Shown here in pieces: positions 47,520 through 57,083 of a DNA stretch of 64,000 bases. The notes beneath the pieces were generated by a model. That model made no database searches. It had not been told where the DNA came from and was given only the letters and a program-made list of their open reading frames with translations. Position 1 is the stretch's first letter. Each line of letters begins with the position of its first letter. The stretch is from Chitinophagales bacterium. GTDB taxonomy: Bacteria; Bacteroidota; Bacteroidia; Chitinophagales; CAIODY01. Made by a program: the position numbers and the translations under genes. The stretch spans positions 1,127 to 65,126 of the forward strand of contig JAPJNH010000107.1 in the NCBI GenBank assembly GCA_026461075.1, given 5' to 3'.

Positions 47520-48353
47520 TTATCTACTCTTCCACCAACGGATATAATCCGCATCCGGATCTGTGCCAACCATCGGACAGCGTTTATACAATATGGAATA
47601 ATGCAATGAAATACCTGTTAATAACAAAGCATCCTTTCCTTTCATTCCTCTTTGTTTGTTCAAGACATCCCCTAACGGATTTAGAACATTGGAAGGATCT
47701 GTTAGATTATTATTCCCTGCCATAACACCATTACCATTATAGGTTGCCGCGACATCATCCAAGAAATCAGTCGATGTCGGAATATAGGTAGTGTGCACGG
47801 CAAGCGTCCATGCTTTCGCCAAACGCCATTTCAAACCGAATTCCATCGGAAAGCAAAAAAACACTTGATTGTATTTGCTACCCTCAGTACGCAACGCATA
47901 AAGTTTATAGGTAGCGCCATTATAAGTGGCCTGATTGATGAAATAACCAAGCCCTGCTCCGGTAGCCACATAAGGTGTAAAAGCCGTTTCGTATTTATCC
48001 TTATCCACTTCAAATTTGAAAAGATTAAATTCTAGCATGGAAGTAATCAAACCATATTTAGCATTGAAGTTTAAGTTTTGATAAGCCCAATAAGGATTCG
48101 AAGACCATTTTGAATCATAATAAGATAATCCAGCCATTGCATCGAATCTATACGCAAAAAACGGATTTAAAATTTTACGATAATTGAGCATGGCCATCCC
48201 CCCAGGATGTGTTGGGTTAAAGTCAGCATTCAGATCTCCGAAATAATGAGACATCCCAATACTCGCACCCCACTCCGCATATTGCGCACGCGCCGCACTC
48301 ATCATTAAGATGCTTGCAAAAACTGTTAACAATATTCTCTTTAATTGCTGCAT
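47520..48353 (-). CDS. DUF6089/PorT-like outer-membrane beta-barrel protein
   Basis: G...YFGDLN, EFNLF.F, PY...G.G, TEG, TDFLDDV, RG...KD. Confidence 0.78.
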   Translation of the reverse strand: MQQLKRILLTVFASILMMSAARAQYAEWGASIGMSHYFGDLNADFNPTHPGGMAMLNYRKILNPFFAYRFDAMAGLSYYDSKWSSNPYWAYQNLNFNAKYGLITSMLEFNLFKFEVDKDKYETAFTPYVATGAGLGYFINQATYNGATYKLYALRTEGSKYNQVFFCFPMEFGLKWRLAKAWTLAVHTTYIPTSTDFLDDVAATYNGNGVMAGNNNLTDPSNVLNPLGDVLNKQRGMKGKDALLLTGISLHYSILYKRCPMVGTDPDADYIRWWKSR

Positions 48354-48436
48354 ATTCGAATGGCAAAGGTCGGATTATTTCTGTTATCTTTACCAAGTAA
48401 AACAACGGATTAATTTAGAATCTAGCAAACCCTATT

Positions 48437-49246
48437 ATGCGTTATTTATTAAGTATTCTGTTAAGTATCCTCTCCTTGCAAGTGTTGGCGCAAGCGATTC
48501 CTTATGCGCCCGCTCCGAAAGGTATTCATTTTGAGCACAGCAACTGGGCTGAGGTTATGCAAAAAGCAAAGACAGAACATAAAGGTATTTTTATCGATTG
48601 CTATACATCTTGGTGTGGTCCTTGCAAATGGATGGCGGCAAATGTCTTTACGGACGATACCGTAGGATTATTACACAATAACAATTATATCAACTTCAAA
48701 CAAGATATGGAAAAGGGCGAAGGACCTGGTTTGAGCCAACAGTTTGGTATTTACGCTTACCCTACTATGATTTATTTTGACGAAGACGCACGTATCCTTA
48801 ACAAACAAGTGGGAGGATTACCTGTTCCTGAGTTCATTTTAAAATCACAAGAGGCGCTCAACTTACCAAGTTTAGCAGATATGATTGCCCGTTTCGAAAA
48901 AGGGGAAAAAGACGGTCGTTTTTTAGTCAATCTGTTGATCAAATTACCTTCCAATAACCCAATGAAAGAAAAAGTGCTTCGCGCTTATTTTTCAGGATTG
49001 AAGGAAGAGCAATTGTCGGAAGAGGTGCCGTTTATGGTAATGAATCTTTTCGAAATCAATGTTTTAAGTAACGATTTCGTCTATTTAATGAAGAATAGAG
49101 CGCTATTTGAAGGCAAATACGGTAAAGAAAAGATCGAAAAACTCATCAACAGAGTAGCTAATGCAAGTTTGAAGCAAGCGGAAGCTCAAAACGATAAAAA
49201 ATTAAAAAAACAGGCAGAAGCTATCCTAAATCCTGAAAAAAAATAA
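48437..49246 (+). CDS. Exported thioredoxin-family protein with a helical C-terminal domain
   Basis: Signal peptide; DCYTSWCGPCK.M...VF, DMEKGEG, YPT. Confidence 0.88.
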   Translation: MRYLLSILLSILSLQVLAQAIPYAPAPKGIHFEHSNWAEVMQKAKTEHKGIFIDCYTSWCGPCKWMAANVFTDDTVGLLHNNNYINFKQDMEKGEGPGLSQQFGIYAYPTMIYFDEDARILNKQVGGLPVPEFILKSQEALNLPSLADMIARFEKGEKDGRFLVNLLIKLPSNNPMKEKVLRAYFSGLKEEQLSEEVPFMVMNLFEINVLSNDFVYLMKNRALFEGKYGKEKIEKLINRVANASLKQAEAQNDKKLKKQAEAILNPEKK

Positions 49247-49248
49247 AC

Positions 49249-49584
49249 ATGAAAAGAACCCTCGTTTTAAGTCTAATGGCCGCCTTAATCGGTTTTGCCT
49301 GTGGTGTTAAGAAAAGTACTACCGCAAGCGTGAGTACTGGCTTCAGTGCGGAGCAAATAAAGCAAGCAGAAACCCGTTTTCCTGGCGTAAGCAGTGCAGA
49401 ACTAGCGGAAGGAAAGAAGCTCTACGAAAGCCGTTGCTCCTCTTGCCATGAATTGCCGCATGCTGAAAAAATGTCGCAAAGCCGTTGGGCGCATGAATAT
49501 GCATCCATGAAAGGAAAAGCACAGTTAAACTTTGCAGAAGACCGCTTGGTCAACGCTTACGTTAGCGGAATTTTGGTTCCATAA
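49249..49584 (+). CDS. Monoheme c-type cytochrome lipoprotein
   Basis: Lipobox GFAC; [13 protein letters not shown] (CxxCH); candidate distal Met in SMKGKA. Confidence 0.8.
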   Translation: MKRTLVLSLMAALIGFACGVKKSTTASVSTGFSAEQIKQAETRFPGVSSAELAEGKKLYESRCSSCHELPHAEKMSQSRWAHEYASMKGKAQLNFAEDRLVNAYVSGILVP

Positions 49585-49657
49585 AAAATCTTTAAAAAAG
49601 CTTGGTAAATCTGAAATATTACTTACCTTTGCACTCCCTCATAAAAACATTCGTGTT

Positions 49658-49999
49658 ATGAACGCAATTCAATTCGTAGAAAATGAACTAGTTATTCGTA
49701 AGAGTTTCCCTGATTTCAAAGCAGGTGACAACATTACGGTTACTTATAAAATCGTAGAAGGCGACAAAACTCGTCCTCAGTCTTTCAAAGGTGACGTTAT
49801 CCAACGTCGTGGATCAGGCGCTACAGAAACTTTCACTATCCGTAAGATTTCTGACGGTATCGGTGTAGAGCGTATCTTCCCTGTTCACTCACCAACAATC
49901 GAAACAATCGTAGTTAACAAGCGTGGTAAAGTGCGTCGTGCACGTATCTTCTATCTACGTAACTTACGTGGTAAAGCAGCTCGTATCGCTGAAAAATAA
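49658..49999 (+). CDS. rplS: 50S ribosomal protein L19
   Basis: [42 protein letters not shown]; TACCTTTG at 49624-49631. Confidence 0.98.
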   Translation: MNAIQFVENELVIRKSFPDFKAGDNITVTYKIVEGDKTRPQSFKGDVIQRRGSGATETFTIRKISDGIGVERIFPVHSPTIETIVVNKRGKVRRARIFYLRNLRGKAARIAEK

Positions 50000-50020
50000 T
50001 TGCGTCACGCAACATATTCT

Positions 50021-50060
50021 AAACGCTTGGTTTGTCTCAAATCAAGCGTTTTTTATTTTT
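50021..50060 (+). terminator. Intrinsic terminator after rplS
   Basis: AAACGCTTG-GTTTG-tct-CAAAT-CAAGCGTTT followed by T runs. Confidence 0.8.
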
Positions 50061-50073
50061 ATACCCTCCCCTC

Positions 50074-51243
50074 ATGCCTACTATAACACTCGGAAAAGGA
50101 AAAGATAAACGCGTCGCCCACGGTCACCCTTGGGTATTTGCCAATGAAATCGTTAGCGAAGAAGGCGAATACCAAGCTGGAGATATCGTCGATGTTTGCA
50201 ATCAACGTGGCAACTTCCTAGGAAAAGGATATATCAATCCCGCTTCCTTAATCCGCGTCCGTATACTTTCGCGCAAAAAACAAGAAAATATCAATGGCGA
50301 CTTTTTCAAACAACAGATTGAAAAGGCATGGAACTATCGCAAAAGCATCGGCTACGATAAAAACTGCCGTATCGTCTTTGGGGAAGCAGACGGCTTAAGT
50401 GGTTTAGTAGTTGATAAATTCGAAGATATTTTAGTCGTTCAAATTCTTACGCTTGGCATGGACATCCGTCGCCAAGAAATCATTAATGCTTTAGTAGCCG
50501 TTGTGGGTCCGAAAGCGATTTATGAGCGCAGCGACGTAAGTGTACGTACGCTCGAAGGATTAGAAGAACGCACCGGATGGATTTATGGCGAAGGCCCTAC
50601 TAATTTTGTGTTCAAACAAGATGGTATCCAGTTTAAAGTAGATATCGCACATGGACAGAAAACTGGCTTTTTTCACGATCAAAGAAAAAACCGTCTATCC
50701 ATTCAACCCTTCGTTAAAAATGCACGCGTACTAGATGCTTGTAGCTATACCGGCTCCTTTTCTATGTACGCCGCAAAGTTCGGGGCCAAAGAAGTAATCG
50801 GATTAGACATTTCGCAAGAGGCTATCGATGTATGTCGCGAAAATGCCAAACTGAACGGCTTTTCACAATGCGAATTCCGTACGGTGAATGTATTCGATGA
50901 GCTAAAAATCATGGTAGAGAAAGGAGAACAATTCGATGTCGTAATGCTCGACCCTCCAGCCTTTACCAAATCGCGTAAAAACTTAGAAGCCGCTTTGAGA
51001 GGCTATAAAGAAATCAATCGTCGTGGACTGCAATTGGTGAAGCCAGGCGGCTATTTGATTAGCAGCTCTTGCAGTCATTTTATTTATCCAGAAGAATTCA
51101 AGCAAGTAATTACCGAAGCCGCGAATGATGTAGGCCGTCAATTACGCCAAGTGGTATTCCAGCCACAATCGCCGGATCATCCTGCCATTTGGAATATCCC
51201 AGAGACGCTTTATCTAAAGTTTGCCATCTTACAAGTCGTATAA
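50074..51243 (+). CDS. rlmI: RlmI-like class I SAM-dependent rRNA methyltransferase (PUA domain)
   Basis: GHPWVF.NEI, EADGLSGLVVD, GQKTGFF.DQR.NR, FSYTG.F-like CSYTGSF, DPPAF, SSCS. Confidence 0.85.
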   Translation: MPTITLGKGKDKRVAHGHPWVFANEIVSEEGEYQAGDIVDVCNQRGNFLGKGYINPASLIRVRILSRKKQENINGDFFKQQIEKAWNYRKSIGYDKNCRIVFGEADGLSGLVVDKFEDILVVQILTLGMDIRRQEIINALVAVVGPKAIYERSDVSVRTLEGLEERTGWIYGEGPTNFVFKQDGIQFKVDIAHGQKTGFFHDQRKNRLSIQPFVKNARVLDACSYTGSFSMYAAKFGAKEVIGLDISQEAIDVCRENAKLNGFSQCEFRTVNVFDELKIMVEKGEQFDVVMLDPPAFTKSRKNLEAALRGYKEINRRGLQLVKPGGYLISSSCSHFIYPEEFKQVITEAANDVGRQLRQVVFQPQSPDHPAIWNIPETLYLKFAILQVV

Positions 51244-51268
51244 GGATTAATTTTCGTACTTTAGAGTA

Positions 51269-52093
51269 GTGAATTTGCAAGCACCACAACCTATTGGCAT
51301 TTTCGATTCAGGTATCGGAGGACTGACGGTAGCTCATGCTATTAGTCAGCTGCTACCGCATGAAAACCTCGTCTATTACGGTGATACGGCGCATTTACCT
51401 TACGGAGATAAATCAGCCGAAGCCGTTCGTCAGTTTTCGCTAGGCATTACAAAATTCTTAGAAGAACAAAATTGTAAAATGGTAGTAGTGGCGTGCAATA
51501 CCGCTTCTGCAGCTGCTTTTGAAGCATTGCAAAGTGAATTTGGAGAACGAATATTATTGGTAAATGTAATTGATCCAATGGTAGATTTTGTCCAACAACA
51601 CTACCCGATTGCGAAAGTTGGCATCATCGCTACGAAAGGAACGGTACACGCGAAAGTATACCCTAGAAAGCTAGCTGCAAAAGACGTTACCGACGTACAT
51701 GCCTTAGCCACACCTTTATTAGTTCATTTGATAGAAGAAGGTTTTAGCAAACATGCTGGCTCTAAGTTATTAGTGGAAGAATACCTTAATCAGCCTGAAT
51801 TAAAGGACATCGATGTATTGATCTTAGCATGCACACACTACCCTATTATTAAAGGCTATATTGAAGACTTTTACCAAAAGAAGGTAGAAGTACTCGACTC
51901 GACCTTAATTACTGCCGAAGCCGTAAAATCACTATTAGCTAAGCATTCTTTACTCAACCAGCAATCAATATTAGGAACACATCAGTTTTTTGTTTCTGAT
52001 TATACCTCTGCCTTTGAACAAATTACTAAGTTGTTTTGGGGGGAGGCCGTACTCTTACAGAAGAACAATATTTGGGAAAAAGAAAATATTTAA
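51269..52093 (+). CDS. murI: Glutamate racemase
   Basis: FDSGIGGLTV, GDTAHLPYG.KS, ACNTAS, LACTHYP. Confidence 0.96.
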   Translation: MNLQAPQPIGIFDSGIGGLTVAHAISQLLPHENLVYYGDTAHLPYGDKSAEAVRQFSLGITKFLEEQNCKMVVVACNTASAAAFEALQSEFGERILLVNVIDPMVDFVQQHYPIAKVGIIATKGTVHAKVYPRKLAAKDVTDVHALATPLLVHLIEEGFSKHAGSKLLVEEYLNQPELKDIDVLILACTHYPIIKGYIEDFYQKKVEVLDSTLITAEAVKSLLAKHSLLNQQSILGTHQFFVSDYTSAFEQITKLFWGEAVLLQKNNIWEKENI

Positions 52094-52160
52094 GTCCTAT
52101 TAACTATCCCTTCGGGAGCGCATTAATATATTTGGTAAATTAGCATCACAATTTTTTGAT

Positions 52161-53288
52161 ATGAACTGGAAATTTTGGCAAAAGACAACAGAAGCAAGCA
52201 AGGATAGCACTCCAAAGAAGAAGAAGTCGAAGACACGCGAATGGACTGATGCGATTTTGTTTGCAGTCATTGCAGCTACTATTATCCGTATGTTCACCGG
52301 AGAGATGTTCAACATCCCGACAGGCTCTATGGAAAAGTCTTTGCTAATAGGCGATTTCTTGATTGTAAGTAAATTAAGCTACGGGCCACGTACACCAATG
52401 ACTCCTATTGCGTTTCCATTAACGCATCACAGTTTCCCAGTTATCGGTGTTCAATCCTATTTAGATTGGGTACAGTGGGGATATCATCGCTTGCCTGGTT
52501 TTGGAGATATACAGCGTAACGATGTGGTAGTTTTCAACTATCCCATGGAATATAAGGCGCCGCTAAATCGTCCGGTCGATAAACGTGAACATTATATCAA
52601 ACGTTGTGTAGGTATTCCTGGAGATACTATTGAAGTTAGAAAAAGTGTGTTATATGTAAATGGCAAATTGGGTTATGCGCCACCAAAAGGTCAAATGGAA
52701 TATATCGTTCGCACGAATGGCTCCATGCTCGATGCAGAAGCTATTATGGACATGGGCGTAACAGACGGTTGGCAAATGAATGACGGCTCCTTCAATCTGT
52801 TTCTAACCCCAGAGAATGCTGTAGCCATTAAGCAGATGAGTAATATCGTCGAAGTTCGTCCCAATGTACGTCCTGACACAGCTATGGAAGCACGCGTGTT
52901 CCCACATGACACTTTACACTATCGTTGGAATGCGGATCATTATGGAAAAATTTGGATTCCTAAAAAAGGAGCTACCGTTACTTTAACACCAGCTAATATT
53001 TGCTTCTATCGCGAAATCATAAGTGTTTACGAGCATAATACCTTAGAAGAAAAAGAGGGCAAATACTTCATTAACGGGAAGGAGGCGAAGAGTTATACCT
53101 TCAATATGAACTACTATTGGATGATGGGCGACAATCGTCATAATAGCGAAGATAGCCGCTATTGGGGCTTTGTACCAGAAGATCACGTAGTAGGAAAAGC
53201 TTTATTCATCTTCTTTAGTTTAGATGAACACCCACGCAGTATGTGGCAGAAAGTACGTTGGAATCGTTTATTTATGGGAATCCACTAA
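52161..53288 (+). CDS. lepB: Signal peptidase I
   Basis: IPTGSMEKSL.IGD, YIKRCVG.PGD, MGDNRHNSEDSR.WGFVP. Confidence 0.96.
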   Translation: MNWKFWQKTTEASKDSTPKKKKSKTREWTDAILFAVIAATIIRMFTGEMFNIPTGSMEKSLLIGDFLIVSKLSYGPRTPMTPIAFPLTHHSFPVIGVQSYLDWVQWGYHRLPGFGDIQRNDVVVFNYPMEYKAPLNRPVDKREHYIKRCVGIPGDTIEVRKSVLYVNGKLGYAPPKGQMEYIVRTNGSMLDAEAIMDMGVTDGWQMNDGSFNLFLTPENAVAIKQMSNIVEVRPNVRPDTAMEARVFPHDTLHYRWNADHYGKIWIPKKGATVTLTPANICFYREIISVYEHNTLEEKEGKYFINGKEAKSYTFNMNYYWMMGDNRHNSEDSRYWGFVPEDHVVGKALFIFFSLDEHPRSMWQKVRWNRLFMGIH

Positions 53289-53301
53289 TGGATTCTCTTA
53301 A

Positions 53302-54471
53302 TTAACGAGTACACGTTTTAAAGCAGTCACCCTTCCCATTCTGTAAGAGCACGCGCTCATAAAGAGCAGTGTATTTAGGTAAGATATATTTGATATCAAA
53401 CGTTTTTGCTTGCGCAAGCGCGTTTTCACGCATTTGTTGATGTAAGGTTGGATTGGATAATAAGTCGATTCCAAATTGCCCCATTGCTTCTACATCTCCA
53501 ACATCTGCCATATAGCCCGTTTGCCCATGAATATTTACTTCGGGTAAACCTCCTGCGTTGGTAGAAATAACAGGCACCATACATGCCATCGCCTCTAGCG
53601 CAGACAAACCAAAACTTTCTGTTTCAGAAGGTAACAAAAAGAGGTCGCCAATGGTTAGAATTTCTTCCAAGGCATCTTGTTTACCTAAGAACTTCACATG
53701 ATCTAAAATGCCTAGATTACGGCATAAAAGCTCCACATTATGACGCTCTGGTCCATCACCAATTAATAAGAGCTTAGCTGGTACTTGAGAATGAATTTTG
53801 TTAAAAATATGGATGACATCCTCTACACGTTTTACCTTACGGAAGTTCGACGTATGAATGACAATTTTTTCATTTTCAGAAGCAATCGCTTTTCTGAAAT
53901 GTTCTTTATTGTGCTTACGAAAACGCTTTAAATCAACAAAATTATAAATCACATCGATTGCCTTTTGAATGCCAAAAAACTGAATCGTTTCTCGTTTTAA
54001 ATCTTCTGATACCGTAGTAATTGCATCAGACTGTTCGATGGAAAACGCCACTAAAGGTTTGAATGTTTCATCCTTTCCTACCAAGGTGATGTCCGTTCCG
54101 TGTAACGTTGTGATATAAGGGATGGTGACTCCTTTTTCCTTTAAAATTTGCTTTGCCATATAGGCTGCAGCCGCATGCGGAATGGCGTAATGTAAATGCA
54201 GTAAATCTAATTTCTCATTTTGAACTACATCCACCAAACGTCCTGCCAAAGCAGATTCATAAGGAGGATAATCGAATAATGGATAATTACTCACGTTCAC
54301 TTCATGATAAAAAATGCGTTCATGAAAGGAGTCTAATAAGCGTGCTGGTTGTTTGTAAGTGATAAAATGTACCTCATGCCCTTGATCAGCAAGTGCCTTA
54401 CCAAGCTCTGTTGCCAATACTCCACTTCCTCCAAAGGTTGGATAACAAACAATACCAATTCTCATACGCAT
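53302..54471 (-). CDS. bshA: N-acetyl-alpha-D-glucosaminyl L-malate synthase (bacillithiol synthesis)
   Basis: IGIVCYPTFGGSGVLATELG, HYAIPHA, TLHGTDITLVG, HTSNFRKVKR, ESFGLSALEAM. Confidence 0.93.
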   Translation of the reverse strand: MRMRIGIVCYPTFGGSGVLATELGKALADQGHEVHFITYKQPARLLDSFHERIFYHEVNVSNYPLFDYPPYESALAGRLVDVVQNEKLDLLHLHYAIPHAAAAYMAKQILKEKGVTIPYITTLHGTDITLVGKDETFKPLVAFSIEQSDAITTVSEDLKRETIQFFGIQKAIDVIYNFVDLKRFRKHNKEHFRKAIASENEKIVIHTSNFRKVKRVEDVIHIFNKIHSQVPAKLLLIGDGPERHNVELLCRNLGILDHVKFLGKQDALEEILTIGDLFLLPSETESFGLSALEAMACMVPVISTNAGGLPEVNIHGQTGYMADVGDVEAMGQFGIDLLSNPTLHQQMRENALAQAKTFDIKYILPKYTALYERVLLQNGKGDCFKTCTR

Positions 54472-54506
54472 TAATTATTTGCCGAAGGTACGTACTTCAA
54501 ACGTAT

Positions 54507-54546
54507 AAAAAGAAAAAGTCCCGACTAACAATGTTAATCGGGACTT
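54507..54546 (-). terminator. Intrinsic terminator with a TCCCGA...TCGGGA stem
   Basis: Minus strand AAGTCCCGATTAACA-t-TGTTAGTCGGGACTT followed by TTTCTTTTT. Confidence 0.8.
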
Positions 54547-54567
54547 AATCTTAACAATTTATAAAAC

Positions 54568-56934
54568 TTATTGCTTTACGAAGTTTGCTGTATAAACCTT
54601 TCCTTGTTTATCAGAAGCCTTGATGCGATAAACACCAGCAGGCAATTGATTTACATTCAAAGTAGCTTGAGCAGCGATTTCTGTATGCATTACTTCTTGA
54701 CCCATTACGTTAGTCATAACCAAAGTAGTTGCAGCAGGTAAACGAACTGCGATTACATCAGCAGCAGGGTTTGGATAAACACTAAAGCTAGAATTAGCAA
54801 TTGCATTCACACCAATTCCAGAAGCTACCGTTACAGATTGCGTAGTGCTATCAGGTCCGCAAGCGCCCATGATAGTTAAGGTTACATTATATGAACCGTC
54901 AGCAGCATAAGTATGCGTTGGGTTAGCTGTATTATCAAAAGTACCATCACCGAAGCTCCAAGTATAAGATAATGCTCCTGTAGAAGCGTCAGTGAAATTA
55001 ACAGTCCAACCAGTTGCAGAGAATGTAAATGCAGGAACTGGAGCAGGAACTACGGTTAGGTAGATTGAATCCGTGTTTGTACAACCAATTGCAGAAGTTG
55101 CATTCACCATATACATTGCAGAAGCAGTTGGAGTGATGGTATCACGACGAGTTGTCTTACCATCTGACCAAACATAGCTCACACCATTTTGACCGAAAGG
55201 CATTGCATTCAAAACAATCGTTGATCCTGCACAAACCGTATCACCAATTGCTTGGTTATTCATACTGTACACTGTAGGGTTCAAGGTAGGAGATGATCCA
55301 GCCAATACCGTAATCAAAGCAGAATTCGTACAGTTACCTAAAGTTGATGTCACAGTATAGTTAGTAGTATTCGTAGGAGTTGCAATAACCGTAGTTCCGG
55401 CAGTTGTATCTAAGAAGTTAGCAGGACTCCAAGCGTAAGAAGTACCAGTACCAGTAACACTCATTGTTACCGGAGTTGCATTACAAGAACTGAAAGGACC
55501 GCCAACCACACTGATTGAAGGAGCAGTACCAGGTGTAACTACTAGATTCAATGAATCCAATGTGCTACATCCACCACCATTCGTAACTGTTACAACATAC
55601 AAAGTAGTAGTGGTTGCTATAATAGTGTCATTACGAGTAGTTTTACCATCTGACCAAGCGTAAGTATTAGTATTAGGACCAAAACCACCTGGATTGCCGC
55701 GTAAAATAACAGTTGCACCTGTACAAACAGTATCATTACCTACCAAAATTTGAATAGGCTGTTTAGCGGGAGCTTGATTTAATTGTACCGTTGTATTAGC
55801 TGTTCCTGTACAACCGAAAGCATCCGTACCAACAACAGTATAGTTTGTTGTTCCTGCAGGATTTGCCAAAACTGAGTCGAAGTTGTTTCCTAAGTTGCTA
55901 ATAGTAGTAGCAGGTGTCCAAACGTATGAAACCGCACCAGTTGCTGTTAAAGTAACACCGCCTGCATTAGGGCAAATGGGGCCTGTTAAGTTATTAAGCG
56001 TGATGGTAGGGTTAGGGTTTGAAGAAACAATGATTGAGTCGATATTCGTGATATAATCTTGACCAGAATATGAGCAATGTACCGTACACATGAAATAAGT
56101 CGTTTGCGTTAATACCGGCGTCGTTACTGTGTTTGAAAGCGTGTCACCGAAATCAGTGAATGGATTTAACGGATTCACTGAATATTGCCAATGGTACGTT
56201 AGACCTGCAATTCCTGTTAAAGGATTTGTGAATGACAAGGTTGCTGTACCACCTCCATTACAAATAATGTTAGAAGAGTTGGTAATATCGCCAACAAACG
56301 GCATACCTGAACATGGCGGAGGGAATGCATCAAACTCAACATCATCCACATACATACGATTACCTACTGCAGAAACACCACGTAACATTACATAGTTGGC
56401 AGTACCTTGAAAGTTTGAAGGGAAAGTGAAGGAATATTGATACCAACCATTCGCCAATTGCGTATCAGGCAAATTAACATAACGGTTACGTGCAATTTGG
56501 CCAATCACCACCGCTCCGTTAGTATCAGGAGTTGTGTTGATTAAAACCTCCATACGATCTACGTTAGCAGTAAAGCCACTGTCACGGAACATCCAAAAAC
56601 GGATTCCTGCATTGCTAGCGCCACGGTTAGACAAATCAAACGCAGGTGATACTAAAGATTGTGTGTTACCAGCACTATTCGCAGCTGATGAACGGAAAGA
56701 AGCCATTGCAGCGCCAGTGTGAGGAGCTACAGTGACAGTTTGTGTTCCCGTATTACGACGCGACCAGATCGCACCTTGAGGGTTCGTAATAACAGGGAAA
56801 AGGGACCAGCTATTAGGTACAAAAGTAGTACCATCAAAGCTCTCCGAAGTAACGACAGCTTGTGCATTCGCTTCAGAAACTCCGAAACAAACTAGGGCAA
56901 CAAGCATCAAAAAAGAGAAAGTAATTTTCTTCAT
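54568..56934 (-). CDS. T9SS type A cargo surface protein: MAM/cleaved-adhesin-like head, Ig-like stalk repeats, PKD domain, CTD
   Basis: Signal peptide; head ...LVSP.FDL...Y.DDV; repeats C..Y.W..Y.V..GC; YTWSFGDG..NPTHTY (PKD); CTD SVYPNPA...LP.GVY.I...FVK. Confidence 0.9.
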   Translation of the reverse strand: MKKITFSFLMLVALVCFGVSEANAQAVVTSESFDGTTFVPNSWSLFPVITNPQGAIWSRRNTGTQTVTVAPHTGAAMASFRSSAANSAGNTQSLVSPAFDLSNRGASNAGIRFWMFRDSGFTANVDRMEVLINTTPDTNGAVVIGQIARNRYVNLPDTQLANGWYQYSFTFPSNFQGTANYVMLRGVSAVGNRMYVDDVEFDAFPPPCSGMPFVGDITNSSNIICNGGGTATLSFTNPLTGIAGLTYHWQYSVNPLNPFTDFGDTLSNTVTTPVLTQTTYFMCTVHCSYSGQDYITNIDSIIVSSNPNPTITLNNLTGPICPNAGGVTLTATGAVSYVWTPATTISNLGNNFDSVLANPAGTTNYTVVGTDAFGCTGTANTTVQLNQAPAKQPIQILVGNDTVCTGATVILRGNPGGFGPNTNTYAWSDGKTTRNDTIIATTTTLYVVTVTNGGGCSTLDSLNLVVTPGTAPSISVVGGPFSSCNATPVTMSVTGTGTSYAWSPANFLDTTAGTTVIATPTNTTNYTVTSTLGNCTNSALITVLAGSSPTLNPTVYSMNNQAIGDTVCAGSTIVLNAMPFGQNGVSYVWSDGKTTRRDTITPTASAMYMVNATSAIGCTNTDSIYLTVVPAPVPAFTFSATGWTVNFTDASTGALSYTWSFGDGTFDNTANPTHTYAADGSYNVTLTIMGACGPDSTTQSVTVASGIGVNAIANSSFSVYPNPAADVIAVRLPAATTLVMTNVMGQEVMHTEIAAQATLNVNQLPAGVYRIKASDKQGKVYTANFVKQ

Positions 56935-57083
56935 TGAAAGTGGTTTTTAAAAGGATTATACTTGGCTAATGTACAAAAATTAATTCATTGTTAATATTGA
57001 AAAAAACAACAAAATGGCTAAAAACGCCCCTAATTCTAAAAAAAATCGACGTTTTCAGACAATCCTTTCTTATTTTGCAGACA

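Noticed and set aside
49624-49657. Ribosomal protein L19 leader RNA
   Set aside because: Only 26 nt lie between the -7 element and the ATG, with no stable hairpin.
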